Assembly: GCA_035516965.1 (NCBI GenBank)
Contig: DATIZR010000061.1
Coordinates: 77,557-141,556 of the forward strand
Length of the DNA: 64,000 bases
Direction: 5' to 3'
Source of the DNA: Nitrospirota bacterium
Lineage (GTDB): Bacteria > Nitrospirota > UBA9217
This document shows positions 47,270-58,013 of the stretch, in pieces. The position numbers and the translations under genes were made by a program. Under the pieces are notes generated by a model. That model made no database searches. It had not been told where the DNA came from and saw only the letters and a program-made list of their open reading frames with translations. Position 1 is the stretch's first letter; each line of letters opens with the position of its first letter.

Positions 47270-48237
47270 TAGTGTCCCCCTGCCTGTGAAAGTAGTAACG
47301 AAGGTGCAAGCGTTAGTTCAAACACGATCTTGACGGTCACGGCGAGCACGATCCCCGCCAGGAGGATCTTGAGCTGCTCGGCTTTCAGCTTCCTGCCGAA
47401 GACGGCGCCGACCTGCGCGCCGACCGTGGAGCCCAGGAGCAGGAGCACGGCGAGGACGAAGTCCACGCTGTGGTTCGTATAGGCCTGAAGGAAGGTGACC
47501 TCGATGCAGGTGAACAGGATCTGGAACAGGCTCGTTCCGACCACGACGTGCATCGGCATCCGGAGGATGTAGACCATGATCGGCACCATCAGGAACCCGC
47601 CGCCCACCCCCATGATCGCGGCGAGCACGCCCACGAAACCGCCCAGGACGATCGGGACGAGGATCGAATGGGTGATGCCAGATTTTTCAAAGCGTGTCTG
47701 AAAGGGCAGGGACTTGAGGAACCTGCCCACGGCGGACTCGGTCTCTTCCTTCTCATCCGCTGCAGCGGTATCCTTTTTCTTTTTCATGCTCTGCAGGCTT
47801 TCGATGAACATGTACACGCCCACGATGCCGAGCATGAACACGTATGTCATCTTGATGACGAAATCGGCGTTGCCCATGGCGTGGAGCAGCTTGATCGCCT
47901 GCACGCCGACGATCCCTCCGGCGAAGCCGCCCACCAGGAGGTACAATCCCATTTTGAAGTCCACGTTGCCGACCTTCCAATGCGCGTACGTGCCGGACGT
48001 CGAGGCCGCCACGATCTGGTTCGAATCGGTCGCCGCCGCCACCGTCGAAGGAATACCGAACATGATGAGGAGCGGCGTCATGAGGAATCCGCCGCCCACG
48101 CCGAATAGGCCGGAAAGCAGGCCCACAGCGAGCCCGAGCCCGACAGGGATCAGGATATTGATGCTGGTCAGTGCCACAGGTAGGTACAGGTACATTTGTC
48201 TTACTCCTTTTCGCAGGTTAAATTTATCTCTCAGCAA
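47269..48237 (-). CDS. TSUP family permease (TauE/SafE, DUF81)
   Basis: Two 4-TM repeats with a hydrophilic linker, typical DUF81 GxxxGxxGxGGG motifs. Confidence 0.85.
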   Translation of the reverse strand: MLRDKFNLRKGVRQMYLYLPVALTSINILIPVGLGLAVGLLSGLFGVGGGFLMTPLLIMFGIPSTVAAATDSNQIVAASTSGTYAHWKVGNVDFKMGLYLLVGGFAGGIVGVQAIKLLHAMGNADFVIKMTYVFMLGIVGVYMFIESLQSMKKKKDTAAADEKEETESAVGRFLKSLPFQTRFEKSGITHSILVPIVLGGFVGVLAAIMGVGGGFLMVPIMVYILRMPMHVVVGTSLFQILFTCIEVTFLQAYTNHSVDFVLAVLLLLGSTVGAQVGAVFGRKLKAEQLKILLAGIVLAVTVKIVFELTLAPSLLLSQAGGH

Positions 48238-48379
48238 CCGAAATCACCGAGGGTTCAGAGAACTGCTCCCTCGTGAAAGATGAACATCTTCCTCGGTGTG
48301 CTCTGTGTCCTCTGCGGTAAATCCTTCTTCACGTTCCTCTGGATGCCCTTGTGAAGATCCCGGTCCCGGATTTTCCGTA

Positions 48380-48874
48380 TTACACCAATGCCGCCTGGCG
48401 GGTCATGGTGACGATCGGCCGCGAGGCGGTCCTGACCAGCCTGTTCAGGTCCTTCGCGGTGACGTTCCCCGACTCGGTGATCAGCGGGCTCAGCACAACC
48501 TTATCGATCCCCGCATGGCTCTTCAGATAAGTCCGGATACCAGATACCGCGTCCAGGTCCGTGTCCTGGACCTTCACGGTAATCCCCTCCTGAGCGCATG
48601 TCACCACGAGCTTTTCGACCAGTTTCCTCGACCGCTCGGTCGCCTCAGGAGCAGGGCCGGCCATGATCTGACGCGCCGTATCATGCTCGCCGGCCTCGGC
48701 GAAGGTGACAGCCGTCATAAGCGTCTCGAACTTGTCGATTAGGTTCCTCTTCTTCTGGACAAGCAGGAGCGTGATGTCCTCATACATCGCCTTTGCGAGT
48801 TCGACGGCGTAGGACACCCCCTCTTCGAGATTCTCATCACGGTAGGTCACGAACAGCAACTGTCTCTTTCCCAT
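48380..48874 (-). CDS. Usp-like protein with inserted helical segment (FAEAGEHDTARQIM motif)
   Basis: Usp-like beta-strands at both ends; internal segment shared with 57469-57960 and with the small ORF 58014-58178. Confidence 0.6.
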   Translation of the reverse strand: MGKRQLLFVTYRDENLEEGVSYAVELAKAMYEDITLLLVQKKRNLIDKFETLMTAVTFAEAGEHDTARQIMAGPAPEATERSRKLVEKLVVTCAQEGITVKVQDTDLDAVSGIRTYLKSHAGIDKVVLSPLITESGNVTAKDLNRLVRTASRPIVTMTRQAALV

Positions 48875-49418
48875 GTGTCCAACCTCCTTTACCAGCGCAT
48901 TTCTGTATTATATGTTAGCAATAGCGATGCCAACGCATAACATACTGTATTTATGAACTATTTAATATTTTATGGAATTTGTTCCGTTTCAGAATTGAAC
49001 GCACGTGAACACTGATGGAGAAAACAGGATAGGATAGAAGCAGGGAAAGATGGTCAGAGTCCTTTATTAACGGGGCTGAAATGCTTTATGTCCGATATTT
49101 TGCCTCCCCTAAAGCGGCTTTCAGAGAATTATTTGATGTGTTTAAATATGGAACAGCGCTGCATTGATTATTCTCAAGAGATCCTTGCTTCGCTCCCAAC
49201 GATCCTTTCCATACCTCAGAGGGAGTTGTACGCGGTTACAAAGGACTGATTTTTCAATCGTGAATTACGAGGAGAAAGTTTCAGAGGCTCGGAACGGGGA
49301 AGGTGAAATATCAGCGTGGCTAATTTACCGGAGGATGCTATCCTGAACTAGCATTTTTATCTCAGGGAACTGTCCCGGATGGCTGACTCGGAAAATCTCG
49401 TGCTGCAAGACCATTCGT

Positions 49419-49949
49419 TCATGCGGCGCCGACGATCTTTTCATACTCTGCTATGACCTCGTCTTTCTGGTTCCTGATTTCCGCAGAGAATATGAAAAAC
49501 TTCGATTTTCTTCCGAGCAGCCTGACGTCAGCGAACAGGGTATCGCCAGGGCCGGCGTTCTTCTTATATCGTACGACCTTCTGGACAACATAGGGATCAC
49601 GGTCCAGCCCTTTCACCGACATCGGGATCAGTGCCGCGGCTACAAGACAGGCAAATTCATCCTGGGCATACCCCGGGTAGGTTGGAGCCCCCGGGAAATG
49701 GCCCTCAAGGTCGGGGTCGTCAATACTGATCCCCTTGACGCCTGTCATGAGATTCGGCGAACTGGAACAATACAGAGCACCGTCGATCTTTCTGAGTGCC
49801 GCTCCGCGGTGGGGCAGGATGGTCTCGAGGCTTTCCCTGTTGAAACAAAGGAACGGAGATTCCCTCGCTTTGCTCAATACTCCCGTCACTGCAACCCTTT
49901 TAGACCGGGGTGCCGGATCTAAGCGATGAAGATTCTGACTTGCCAGCAT
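49419..49949 (-). CDS. FabZ/FabA-like hotdog-fold dehydratase
   Basis: ILPHR...GHFPGAP...P(G) motif typical of beta-hydroxyacyl-ACP dehydratases; exact start uncertain. Confidence 0.65.
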   Translation of the reverse strand: MLASQNLHRLDPAPRSKRVAVTGVLSKARESPFLCFNRESLETILPHRGAALRKIDGALYCSSSPNLMTGVKGISIDDPDLEGHFPGAPTYPGYAQDEFACLVAAALIPMSVKGLDRDPYVVQKVVRYKKNAGPGDTLFADVRLLGRKSKFFIFSAEIRNQKDEVIAEYEKIVGAA

Positions 49950-50071
49950 AAGGTAAGTATAATCAGCGGGTTGGTTTTGTCAAGCATTCTGCGGGTTTTA
50001 TCTTTCGCATCAAGAGATGTATGCTGAGCGTATGAATGCTGGGCGGGATGAGTTTTACAGCGGGGCTGTTA

Positions 50072-50263
50072 TGTATCATTAGTAAGTAACAAATCGAATT
50101 CTTTACAAAACGGCAAGAAAATTTCTCGCAGAGGCGCAGAGAAAATAAAAAATAATTCGCCATGAAAGACTTTCGGGTTTTGGTTTTAAACTCTGCGTGC
50201 TCCGCGAGAGACGCCTTTAGCTTCTGGTTTTGATCCGGCTTGTCCGGGTTAGGATTATAACTT
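50072..50263 (-). repeat. copy B (inverted) of the roughly 195-bp repeat element also at 21540-21745
   Basis: Reverse complement aligns to 21540-21745 with about 90% identity; lies between the FabZ-like gene and the sigma54 regulator gene. Confidence 0.6.
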
Positions 50264-50265
50264 CG

Positions 50266-51615
50266 TCAGCTGTCCTGGTCGCCGTTTTCATCCTTCAATA
50301 TCCTCCACAGGCTCGTCCTCGAAATGCCGAGCACCTCCGCCGCCCGGGATCTGTTGCCGCCGAACAGTTCAACGACCTTCCCGGCATATTCCCTGTTCAG
50401 TTCATCGATGGTCTTGATCTTGTCAGGCTCGATCGTTTCGATCTGGAACATCTTGATCGTCTGGGGCAGGCTCTCGGGAGTGATCAGCGTCCCCTTTTCG
50501 AGGATGATGGCGCGCTCGATGATGTTCTCGAGCTCGCGGACGTTCCCCGGGAAGCTGTAGTGCAGCAGCACCTGCATCGCCTCTTTCGTGAACCCTGCGA
50601 TCTTCCTGCGCGACCGCGGCAGGTGCTTCTCGAGGAAATAAGTGCAGAGCGGGACGATGTCGTCGCGCCGGTCCCGGAGGGGCGGCGTGAATATTTCCAT
50701 GATGTTCAGCCGGTAATAGAGATCCTCGCGAAACCTGCCCTCCGCGATGACCGTACGCACGTTCTGGTTCGTGGCGGCGATGAAGCGCACGTCGACCCTG
50801 ATCGGCCGCGTTCCGCCCACGCGGTAGAACTCCCCCTCTTCGATCACCTTGAGCAGTTTGGCCTGGAGATTCGGGGCCAACTCGGCGATTTCGTCGAGGA
50901 ACAGTGTCCCCGTGTCGGCTATCTCCACCAGCCCCTGCTTGGTCTTGACCGCGCCGGTGAAGGCGCCCTTCTCGTGCCCGAAGAGTTCGCTCGCGAGCAG
51001 TTCCTCGGTCAGGGTCGCGCAGTTGATGGACAGGAAAGGCATGCCCTGGCGCCGGCTCGTAAAGTGGATGATCTTGGCGAGGAGGCTCTTGCCGACGCCG
51101 GTCTCGCCCGTCAGGAGCACGTTGCAGTCGGAGTCCTTCATGCCTTCGATCACGGACAGGATGTTGTTCATGGGTTCGCTCTTGGCGATGATCGATACCT
51201 TCTTATCCTGGTCCGCGTACGCCTTGAGCGCGACGTTCTCCTTCCTGAGCGCACGCTGGTCGAGGATCTTCCTGACCTTGAGCAGCAGCTCATCCAGATT
51301 GAAGGGCTTGGTGACGTAATCGTAGGCGCCCTTTTTCATGGCGTCGACCACGGAGCCGATGCTGCCGAAGCCGGTGATGATGATCACCTCGGATTCGATC
51401 TGCCGCTCCCGGATCCGCTCGAGCAGCTCGATCCCCGTCATACCCGGCATCTTGATGTCGGCTATCAGAAGATCAAAATGGTCCTTTTCGATCCTCTGCA
51501 GCGCGTCCGCGCCGTTCTGCGTGCCAATTGCCTGGTAGCCCTCCTTCTGGAGCGCGTTCAGCAGGTGCTTCAGAGTGATGTCTTCGTCTTCCGCGATCAA
51601 TATCTTGAATGCCAT
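50266..51615 (-). CDS. sigma54-dependent response regulator (NtrC family: REC + AAA+ sigma54 activator + Fis HTH)
   Basis: Receiver, GAFTGA (GHEKGAFTGA) and ESELFGHEKG motifs, C-terminal HTH. Start at MAFKILIAEDE with GGAAGGA RBS. Confidence 0.9.
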   Translation of the reverse strand: MAFKILIAEDEDITLKHLLNALQKEGYQAIGTQNGADALQRIEKDHFDLLIADIKMPGMTGIELLERIRERQIESEVIIITGFGSIGSVVDAMKKGAYDYVTKPFNLDELLLKVRKILDQRALRKENVALKAYADQDKKVSIIAKSEPMNNILSVIEGMKDSDCNVLLTGETGVGKSLLAKIIHFTSRRQGMPFLSINCATLTEELLASELFGHEKGAFTGAVKTKQGLVEIADTGTLFLDEIAELAPNLQAKLLKVIEEGEFYRVGGTRPIRVDVRFIAATNQNVRTVIAEGRFREDLYYRLNIMEIFTPPLRDRRDDIVPLCTYFLEKHLPRSRRKIAGFTKEAMQVLLHYSFPGNVRELENIIERAIILEKGTLITPESLPQTIKMFQIETIEPDKIKTIDELNREYAGKVVELFGGNRSRAAEVLGISRTSLWRILKDENGDQDS

Positions 51616-51733
51616 AACGAAAATTCCTTCCGGAGTGGGACGCGGATGAACACGGTTTTCACCGATACGTCCGGCAAAGCGTCTTTCCCGTTCCCTCCGC
51701 AACGATCAGCTCTAGCCACGTCCCGATCCCTGT

Positions 51734-53311
51734 TTATATCTTTTCCGCCGGCAGCGTGATCGTGAACGTTGTCCCCTTCCCCTCTTCGCTCTCCACGACG
51801 ATATCGCCGTAATGCTTCTTAACGATATTATAGACGATGGCAAGTCCAAGACCGGTGCCCTTGTCCTTGGTCGTGAAAAAGGGTTCGAAGATCTTGTCCG
51901 CGGATTCCCGGGCGATACCGCTGCCGGTATCGCTGACCCGCAACACCACGGTTTCACCGGATTTTTCCACCCACGCTGCAAGCTCGCCCTGCCCCTGCAT
52001 GGCGTCGACGGCGTTCAGAAAAAGATTCGTGAATACCTGCTCCAACTGGACCGGGTCGGCCGACACCACGATCTGCGGCGGCTGGGCCTCCAGCGAGAAC
52101 CGTATTCTGGCGAGATCGCGGCTGCTGCCGATATGCCGGAAGGCGTCCCTGATCAGCCCCGTCAGCTCTACCTCGCGGAACTGGGGCTCCCTGCCGCGCG
52201 CGAACTCGAGGAGGTCTCCAACGATCCGCTTCACCCGCTCCGTCTGTCCCACGATATCGACAACCGCCTCCTTCAGTTCGCCGGAGCTGGCATCACCGGC
52301 CTCCTTCTGCAGGATCTGAGCGGAGAGATAGATGTTGTTCAGGGGGTTGTTGAGCTCATGCGCGATGCCCGACGCGAGCGTGCCGATGGCGGCGAGCTTC
52401 CTGGTCTGCATGAGCTCCCTGTTCTTGCGATCGAGCTCGGTCTCGCGCTGCGCAAGCTGATCCTCCATGTCATTGAACTTCCCGATCAGCACACCCACCT
52501 CATCATGCTCCGTGCGGGGGGAACCGGGTTCCGTCAAGTGAGGATAGGATCCCCGCCCGGTCCTCTCCACGACGCTGATCAGGAGCCTCAGCCTCCTCAC
52601 GACATTCGTGCTGATGAAAAACAGCATGCCTATGCCGACAATGAAGAACACGGGAAAGAAGATCAGGATAGCGACTTGCGAGACGCGGATCACGGTCTCG
52701 GTCTTTTCCCGCGCGATCTTATCCAGGTCCTTTGAGATGACCAGGATGTCCTCCCCGGTCTTCCGGAGCGCCATTATCTCGGCATCGAGCTCTTGGAGGC
52801 CGGTGACCAGCGCGTGACCCCGGGGAAGCGAAAAAATCTTTTCAAGGAAACCGGCGGCCCGCGACGGCTGCTCAAGGAACGTGGATTCCACGAGGGCGAG
52901 AAACCGGGCATCGCTCCGATTCGCCGCTCTCGTACCGGCAAAGAGATCGGTGAGACGTTTTGCCGATCCTTCGATGGTATTGAAGTGCCGCTCATATTCG
53001 CCGATGCTGCTCCGCAGGGACAGCTTGTCCGCCTGGTCGATCTCCGGGTTCTGCATCAGCAGGACTTTCAATTCGGCCAGGTACGCCCGGACCGCCGCGG
53101 ACTCCTCGTCGGCCTGCCGCGGGCTGTACAGGAAATAATTCTTTTCGTGCCGTCTGAGCTGAAGCGACTTGCGGCTGATCGTATCCGTGATCTCGAGATA
53201 CCGGATCTCGCGCTTGATCTCGGTGAAGCTCAAATATTCGAATGCCGCGAGGATAGCGATGATGGCAGAGCTGGTAAGAAAGCTGATTGCGATCTTTTTC
53301 TTGAGCGACAT
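51734..53311 (-). CDS. sensor histidine kinase (EKNYFLY-type sensor, HAMP, HisKA, HATPase_c), partner of the sigma54 regulator
   Basis: H-box GIAHELNNPLNNI, N/G1/G2 boxes; HK-RR operon arrangement. Confidence 0.85.
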   Translation of the reverse strand: MSLKKKIAISFLTSSAIIAILAAFEYLSFTEIKREIRYLEITDTISRKSLQLRRHEKNYFLYSPRQADEESAAVRAYLAELKVLLMQNPEIDQADKLSLRSSIGEYERHFNTIEGSAKRLTDLFAGTRAANRSDARFLALVESTFLEQPSRAAGFLEKIFSLPRGHALVTGLQELDAEIMALRKTGEDILVISKDLDKIAREKTETVIRVSQVAILIFFPVFFIVGIGMLFFISTNVVRRLRLLISVVERTGRGSYPHLTEPGSPRTEHDEVGVLIGKFNDMEDQLAQRETELDRKNRELMQTRKLAAIGTLASGIAHELNNPLNNIYLSAQILQKEAGDASSGELKEAVVDIVGQTERVKRIVGDLLEFARGREPQFREVELTGLIRDAFRHIGSSRDLARIRFSLEAQPPQIVVSADPVQLEQVFTNLFLNAVDAMQGQGELAAWVEKSGETVVLRVSDTGSGIARESADKIFEPFFTTKDKGTGLGLAIVYNIVKKHYGDIVVESEEGKGTTFTITLPAEKI

Positions 53312-53666
53312 GGCCCACAGTACCACAAGAAAAGACCCAAGCGCAAGTCAGAAAAATCCTGATAGATGCATCCTTGAGCCGACTTTGCACGGAACATCAC
53401 GGCCTAGGAGTAAAGGCCTGCGGCGCGATCGAACGACCCGCTCTCCGCCCAAGTAATGCCTTCTGTGCCCGATCATTACAGAAGGACAGATCTGCCCGCC
53501 CGTCGGAACCTATGGGAGGCGCTGTCAGTTAAATTACCAAACTCTGGTGTTTTAACATGGTCCAAATCAGGACAGTGTCTGATAACCACACAATAAATAA
53601 AGAATCATAAGAAGGCACGCATTTTGCTGCTAATTATGGTGATACCAGAAATTATATGGAGGCGGC

Positions 53667-54929
53667 ATGAAAGACAGACGCCAAGTCGTTCTTCTCTCCC
53701 TCGCAGCCGTCTTTTTCCTCTGGACCGTCCAATCCGCCGTTGATGCCTTCATATTTCATAAGAGTGGATTTCTGAGCCTGCTGCTTTTTGACGTTTCCCT
53801 GCACACGGTATATTCCCGCGTGCTCATGCTGGCGGGTCTCGCTGTGTACGGCATCGTGATCACCGAGATCCGAGACATGACTGAGCGCAGTCGGACGGAA
53901 GAGGAATCGCGAATGCATCACGAGCAGATGGAGAAAAAAATACTGGAACGGACCGAGGAATTGCATGCCATCAATGAGCTCCTGCAGAAGGAGATCCAGG
54001 ATCGGACGCGGACCGAGGAGGAACTCTGCCGCTCGGAAACTTTTCTGGACACCATCTTCGACAGTTTCCACGACCCTTTCTGCATTGTGGACAGGGAGTA
54101 CCGCATCGTCAAATTCAATGGTGCCTATGCGCGGACCAAGGACAAACAGCCCCAGGAGCTTTTAGGGAAGACGTGCTATGAAGTGCTGTACAAAAAAAGC
54201 GGCACCTGCGAAGAATGCGTGGTTCAGAAGACATTCCTGTCCGCGAACCCTTGCGTCAAAGAGAAGATGGTCGCCGCACCGGGCATGACGGACGCGTGGA
54301 TCGAGATCTGCACCTATCCGATATTCGACCGCGACGGGCGGGTATCGCATGTCATCCAATATTCCCGGGACATCACGGAACGAAAAAGGGCGGAGGAAGA
54401 GAAGAGACTGCTGATCGTGAACCTGAACCGCCTGTCGACGACTGACAGCCTGACTGGCCTCCTGAACCGCCGGGCGCTCAGCGATGCCCTCCAATCCGAG
54501 ATCGAACGTGCGCAGCGGTACGGTAATGATCTGTCCCTGATCCTCTGCGATATCGACAGGTTCAAGAAGATCAACGACACGCACGGCCATGCCACGGGCG
54601 ATGGAGCGCTCCAGGCAGTTGCGGCTTCACTGAAACGGTGGCTCCGGAAGACGGACATCCTGGGACGTTACGGGGGAGACGAGTTCATGATCATCCTGCC
54701 CGAGACCGCACCTGCAGGCGCCAGGCAGATTGCGGAGAAGATCCGCTCCGCTGCCGCTGAGATCGCGCTGAACGCGTCAGGGAAATCGCTCGGCATATCG
54801 CTCAGCATCGGCGTCGCCAGCTGCTGCACGGCCGTCGATACGATGGACAGCCTCGTAAAGCTCGCCGATGCAGCTCTGTACAAATCCAAACACCGGGGAA
54901 GAAACAGGGTGTCCTCAGCGAGGGCATAG
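53667..54929 (+). CDS. membrane-anchored PAS-GGDEF diguanylate cyclase
   Basis: 2 TM helices, PAS domain, GGDEF domain with intact RYGGDEF active site and RxxD I-site-like motif. Confidence 0.85.
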   Translation: MKDRRQVVLLSLAAVFFLWTVQSAVDAFIFHKSGFLSLLLFDVSLHTVYSRVLMLAGLAVYGIVITEIRDMTERSRTEEESRMHHEQMEKKILERTEELHAINELLQKEIQDRTRTEEELCRSETFLDTIFDSFHDPFCIVDREYRIVKFNGAYARTKDKQPQELLGKTCYEVLYKKSGTCEECVVQKTFLSANPCVKEKMVAAPGMTDAWIEICTYPIFDRDGRVSHVIQYSRDITERKRAEEEKRLLIVNLNRLSTTDSLTGLLNRRALSDALQSEIERAQRYGNDLSLILCDIDRFKKINDTHGHATGDGALQAVAASLKRWLRKTDILGRYGGDEFMIILPETAPAGARQIAEKIRSAAAEIALNASGKSLGISLSIGVASCCTAVDTMDSLVKLADAALYKSKHRGRNRVSSARA

Positions 54930-55203
54930 CAACACGATATCCCCAACCGCGGCTCCCGGTTGGTCGGCCTCCGGACCATCCTTACTGTCATTTCTCCGAA
55001 TCCTATCATTCCCTGGGCGCCGTTCGTGATCCTCATGACCGTCAGGGTCAGGCTCATGAAGAGCCGATGAGAATGCCGGGCGCGCTCTCTTGCTTGCCGG
55101 GTGCTGTCCTCGGCCGGCGTACCGCAAGCAGCCCCGGGTGCAGGCCGCCAAAAAAGGCTGAAGGGAATGACCCTTCAGCCTCGTGCATTTGCCGGCTGCT
55201 CCT

Positions 55204-56058
55204 TCAGGACTTGACGACGAGCACCGGGCAGGTCGCATAGCCGATCACCTTTTCCGCCACGCTTCCCATCAAAAGACGTCTCAGCCCCGTGCGGCCGTGG
55301 GAGCCGATGACGATCATATCGGCCTTCTGCTCCTGGGCCAGGTTGTTCACCGCCTGGTGGGCCTCGGCCTCGCCCACGAAAGTTTCGGCCCTGACACCGG
55401 CGGCCTCGGACTGGCTCTTTACCTCGGCCACGAACCCCTTCGCCTTCCTGATCAGGTCCTCGACCGCCTGCGGAGCCTCCGCATAAAATTCGGTGGGAAC
55501 ATCCACGACGGAGAGGACCTTCAGCTCACCGCCGTAGGATTGAGCGAACGCTATGGCCCGCTTCGCGGCAAGGTCGCTGTACTTCGACCCGTCCGTGGCC
55601 ATAACGATGGTCTTCCAGCCGACCTTCGTCCCGTTCGGCACGACCAGCACGTCCCGCTGAGAATGGCCGATGACGCGGGCCGTCACCCGCCCGACGAGCA
55701 TGCGCTCGACGGGACGGAGGCCGCGTCTTCCCATGATGATCAGGTCGCAGTTCTCGGCATCGGCCAGGTCCACGATCCGCTCGTGGGCATCGCCCTCCTC
55801 GCAGACCGTTTTGATCAGCGCCCGCTCCTGCTCGGCGAATTTCCGTGCGTCACGCAGGGCATCCTCACAGGGCTTTCTCAGGGCGGCCCTGATGTCCTTG
55901 ACGCCAATGGTCTCGATCTCGCCGTCGTAGGGAGGCACCACGGACGTGACGGTTATCCAGCACTTCTCATCAACAGCAAACCGGAACGCCTGCAGAAGCG
56001 CGTTCCGGCTTGATTCAGAACCATCGACAGCAACAAGGATCTTTTTATATTTCCCCAT
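55204..56058 (-). CDS. tandem universal stress protein (2 Usp domains)
   Basis: MGKYKKILVAVDGSE... and second repeat WKTIVMATDGSK...; start at 56058 overlaps the upstream TSUP gene by 14 nt. Confidence 0.85.
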   Translation of the reverse strand: MGKYKKILVAVDGSESSRNALLQAFRFAVDEKCWITVTSVVPPYDGEIETIGVKDIRAALRKPCEDALRDARKFAEQERALIKTVCEEGDAHERIVDLADAENCDLIIMGRRGLRPVERMLVGRVTARVIGHSQRDVLVVPNGTKVGWKTIVMATDGSKYSDLAAKRAIAFAQSYGGELKVLSVVDVPTEFYAEAPQAVEDLIRKAKGFVAEVKSQSEAAGVRAETFVGEAEAHQAVNNLAQEQKADMIVIGSHGRTGLRRLLMGSVAEKVIGYATCPVLVVKS

Positions 56059-57127
56059 GCTCCAGGGCCCCCGCAGCATGCTGCAGTTTCTCGGCCTGTT
56101 TGCCCTGCCACATCGCACGAAGGACGATGAAGGCGCCGAGCAGCAATGCGAAGATCATTATAGCAAAGCTGGTCGTCTTCAGCAACTTGACCGTGGCGTC
56201 GCCGAGCTTGGAGATCAGCCCGAGCTGGGAGAGATAGACCGGTACCATCAAACCGCGGCTGAAGAGCACGATCACCATGATCAAGCCCATCACGACCTTG
56301 ATCATGAAGGGCTTCACATAGGTCGTCCCGATGGCGCCGAGCTGGATGCCGAAAAGCGAGCCGGCCAGGATGATCATGGCGAGACGGATGTCGACGAGGC
56401 CGTGGAGGGCGTACTTGAAGGAGCCGCCGAGGCCCATCACGAAGGCGATCACGAGCTCCGTGGCCGAAGCCATCAGGCTCGGCGCGCCCAGCACATAGAT
56501 CATGGACGGGACGCCGATGAACCCGCCGACCGCGATGGTCGCCGCCAGCATGCCCGTCGCAAAACCGAGGGGGATCGTGAACAGGACCGAAACGCGGGCA
56601 TTGATGCTCTTGAAATAGACCATGGTTCCGGGGATGTTGATGGACTGCACCCACCGGGCGAGCCTGCCCGCCTTCTCTTCCGCATGGGTGTTGCCGGACT
56701 TGTAGGTCTTCCAGGCGTCGCGGAGGACGAACCCGCCGACCGTCGCGAGGATCACGACGAAGGCAACGCTGACGTAAAGGTTCGACCCGGCATCGCCGAA
56801 GGAGGCCTTGATCTTTTCCTGGATGCTTGCTCCATAGAGCACGCCCGCTTCGGCCGAGATGCCGAGAACGATGCCCAGCTTCACATCGACCTGGCCGTAC
56901 TTGGCCCTCTTGATCGCGCCCACGAGGGCCTTGGGGAACTTATGGCACATGTTGCTCGCCACGGCGACGAGCCCGGGGACCCCCAGGCTCATCATGCCCG
57001 GCGTCAGAACGAAGGCGCCGCCGGAACCAATGAATCCGCTGACGAGGCCGCCCACAAAGCCGACCCCGAACAGGTAGAGGAGCGTAATGGTGTCGAGATT
57101 GATGAAATTGGCAGTGATGTCATGCAT
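56045..57127 (-). CDS. TSUP family permease (TauE/SafE, DUF81), second paralog
   Basis: 360 aa, two DUF81 4-TM repeats. Confidence 0.85.
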   Translation of the reverse strand: MHDITANFINLDTITLLYLFGVGFVGGLVSGFIGSGGAFVLTPGMMSLGVPGLVAVASNMCHKFPKALVGAIKRAKYGQVDVKLGIVLGISAEAGVLYGASIQEKIKASFGDAGSNLYVSVAFVVILATVGGFVLRDAWKTYKSGNTHAEEKAGRLARWVQSINIPGTMVYFKSINARVSVLFTIPLGFATGMLAATIAVGGFIGVPSMIYVLGAPSLMASATELVIAFVMGLGGSFKYALHGLVDIRLAMIILAGSLFGIQLGAIGTTYVKPFMIKVVMGLIMVIVLFSRGLMVPVYLSQLGLISKLGDATVKLLKTTSFAIMIFALLLGAFIVLRAMWQGKQAEKLQHAAGALEHGEI

Positions 57128-57128
57128 C

Positions 57129-57380
57129 TTACTTTACCTCCTTTTTCTTCCTGGCGGCCTCGACCCCCAGAACGGTCCAAAAATGCCCGGTGAACGTGCC
57201 GTGAACAAATGAGAATAAGAACGCCGTGACGATCGGCAGCAGGGCGTACATGCCTCCCTTGCCGAACATGCTGTTCACCACATCCTGATTCCGCAGGAGA
57301 GCCGCGTAGAGCGCCAGGGAGATTACTCCCAGGACGATCATTGCGGTCACCGGCTTCTTTTTGCTACTGCTTGTTGCCAT
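57129..57380 (-). CDS. small membrane protein (2 TM), coupled to the TSUP gene
   Basis: MATSSSKKKPVTAMIVLGVISLALYAALL...; stop 1 nt from the TSUP start. Confidence 0.4.
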   Translation of the reverse strand: MATSSSKKKPVTAMIVLGVISLALYAALLRNQDVVNSMFGKGGMYALLPIVTAFLFSFVHGTFTGHFWTVLGVEAARKKKEVK

Positions 57381-57468
57381 GATGATTCCTCCTTGAATGA
57401 TTTTAACGAACCAATCGTGCCCTTCCACGACGTTGCTATAGTTACACCTCAGTAATGTATATTTCTGC

Positions 57469-57960
57469 TCACGCCCTTGCCCCGTCCATCACCACCACGA
57501 GCGGGCATTTCAGCTTCTGCCACAGTTCGGAGAGCATCGTGTCCTTCTTGTTGCAGTCCTCGTCCAGGCTGCTGGGCGACTCGACCACGGCGAAGAGGAT
57601 CTCTTTTTCCCGGTTCGTATAATCGATGACCGCCTTCTTGAGGCACCCCGATCTGCGGATCACCCGGTACGTAATGCCCTCGTCCGCCAATTCACGCTGC
57701 AGTGCCTCGAGCCCGGGATCGGCCAGCGCCGTGGTGGACGAGACGTAGAGGAGATCGATGGCCGCGCCGATCCGCTTCGACGAGTTGACGGCATACTTTA
57801 CGGTTTTTCCATCGATCCGTCCCTGCCTGAGCGCAAGGAGCACCCGACGGCCTTCCCTCATAAAGGACTCGGCCGCCTCGCGCTCCCCCTCTTCTGCAAA
57901 GGAAACCGCCGCAAGGGCGCTTTCCATTTTTTTCATCATTTTGTTCAGCTTGTTTTCCAT
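57469..57960 (-). CDS. Usp-like protein with N-terminal FAEEGE helical segment
   Basis: Distant Usp fold (…LLYVSS…, CPLVVVMD); N-terminal AAVSFAEEGEREAAESFMREG is paralogous to segments in 48380-48874 and 58014-58178. Confidence 0.5.
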   Translation of the reverse strand: MENKLNKMMKKMESALAAVSFAEEGEREAAESFMREGRRVLLALRQGRIDGKTVKYAVNSSKRIGAAIDLLYVSSTTALADPGLEALQRELADEGITYRVIRRSGCLKKAVIDYTNREKEILFAVVESPSSLDEDCNKKDTMLSELWQKLKCPLVVVMDGARA

Positions 57961-58013
57961 GCGATTCCCCGCATTTTCTGATCCGGCTTTTCAGGGCCTG
58001 AACCGCTCCCGGC

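Noticed and set aside
53540-53566. near-palindrome ATCAGGACAGTGTCTGAT upstream of the GGDEF gene, and other short ATCAG/CTGAT dyads (e.g. 24437-24462)
   Set aside because: Only 5-6-bp half-sites with variable spacing; such short dyads are expected by chance and do not match the 22-bp motif well enough to claim the same regulator.
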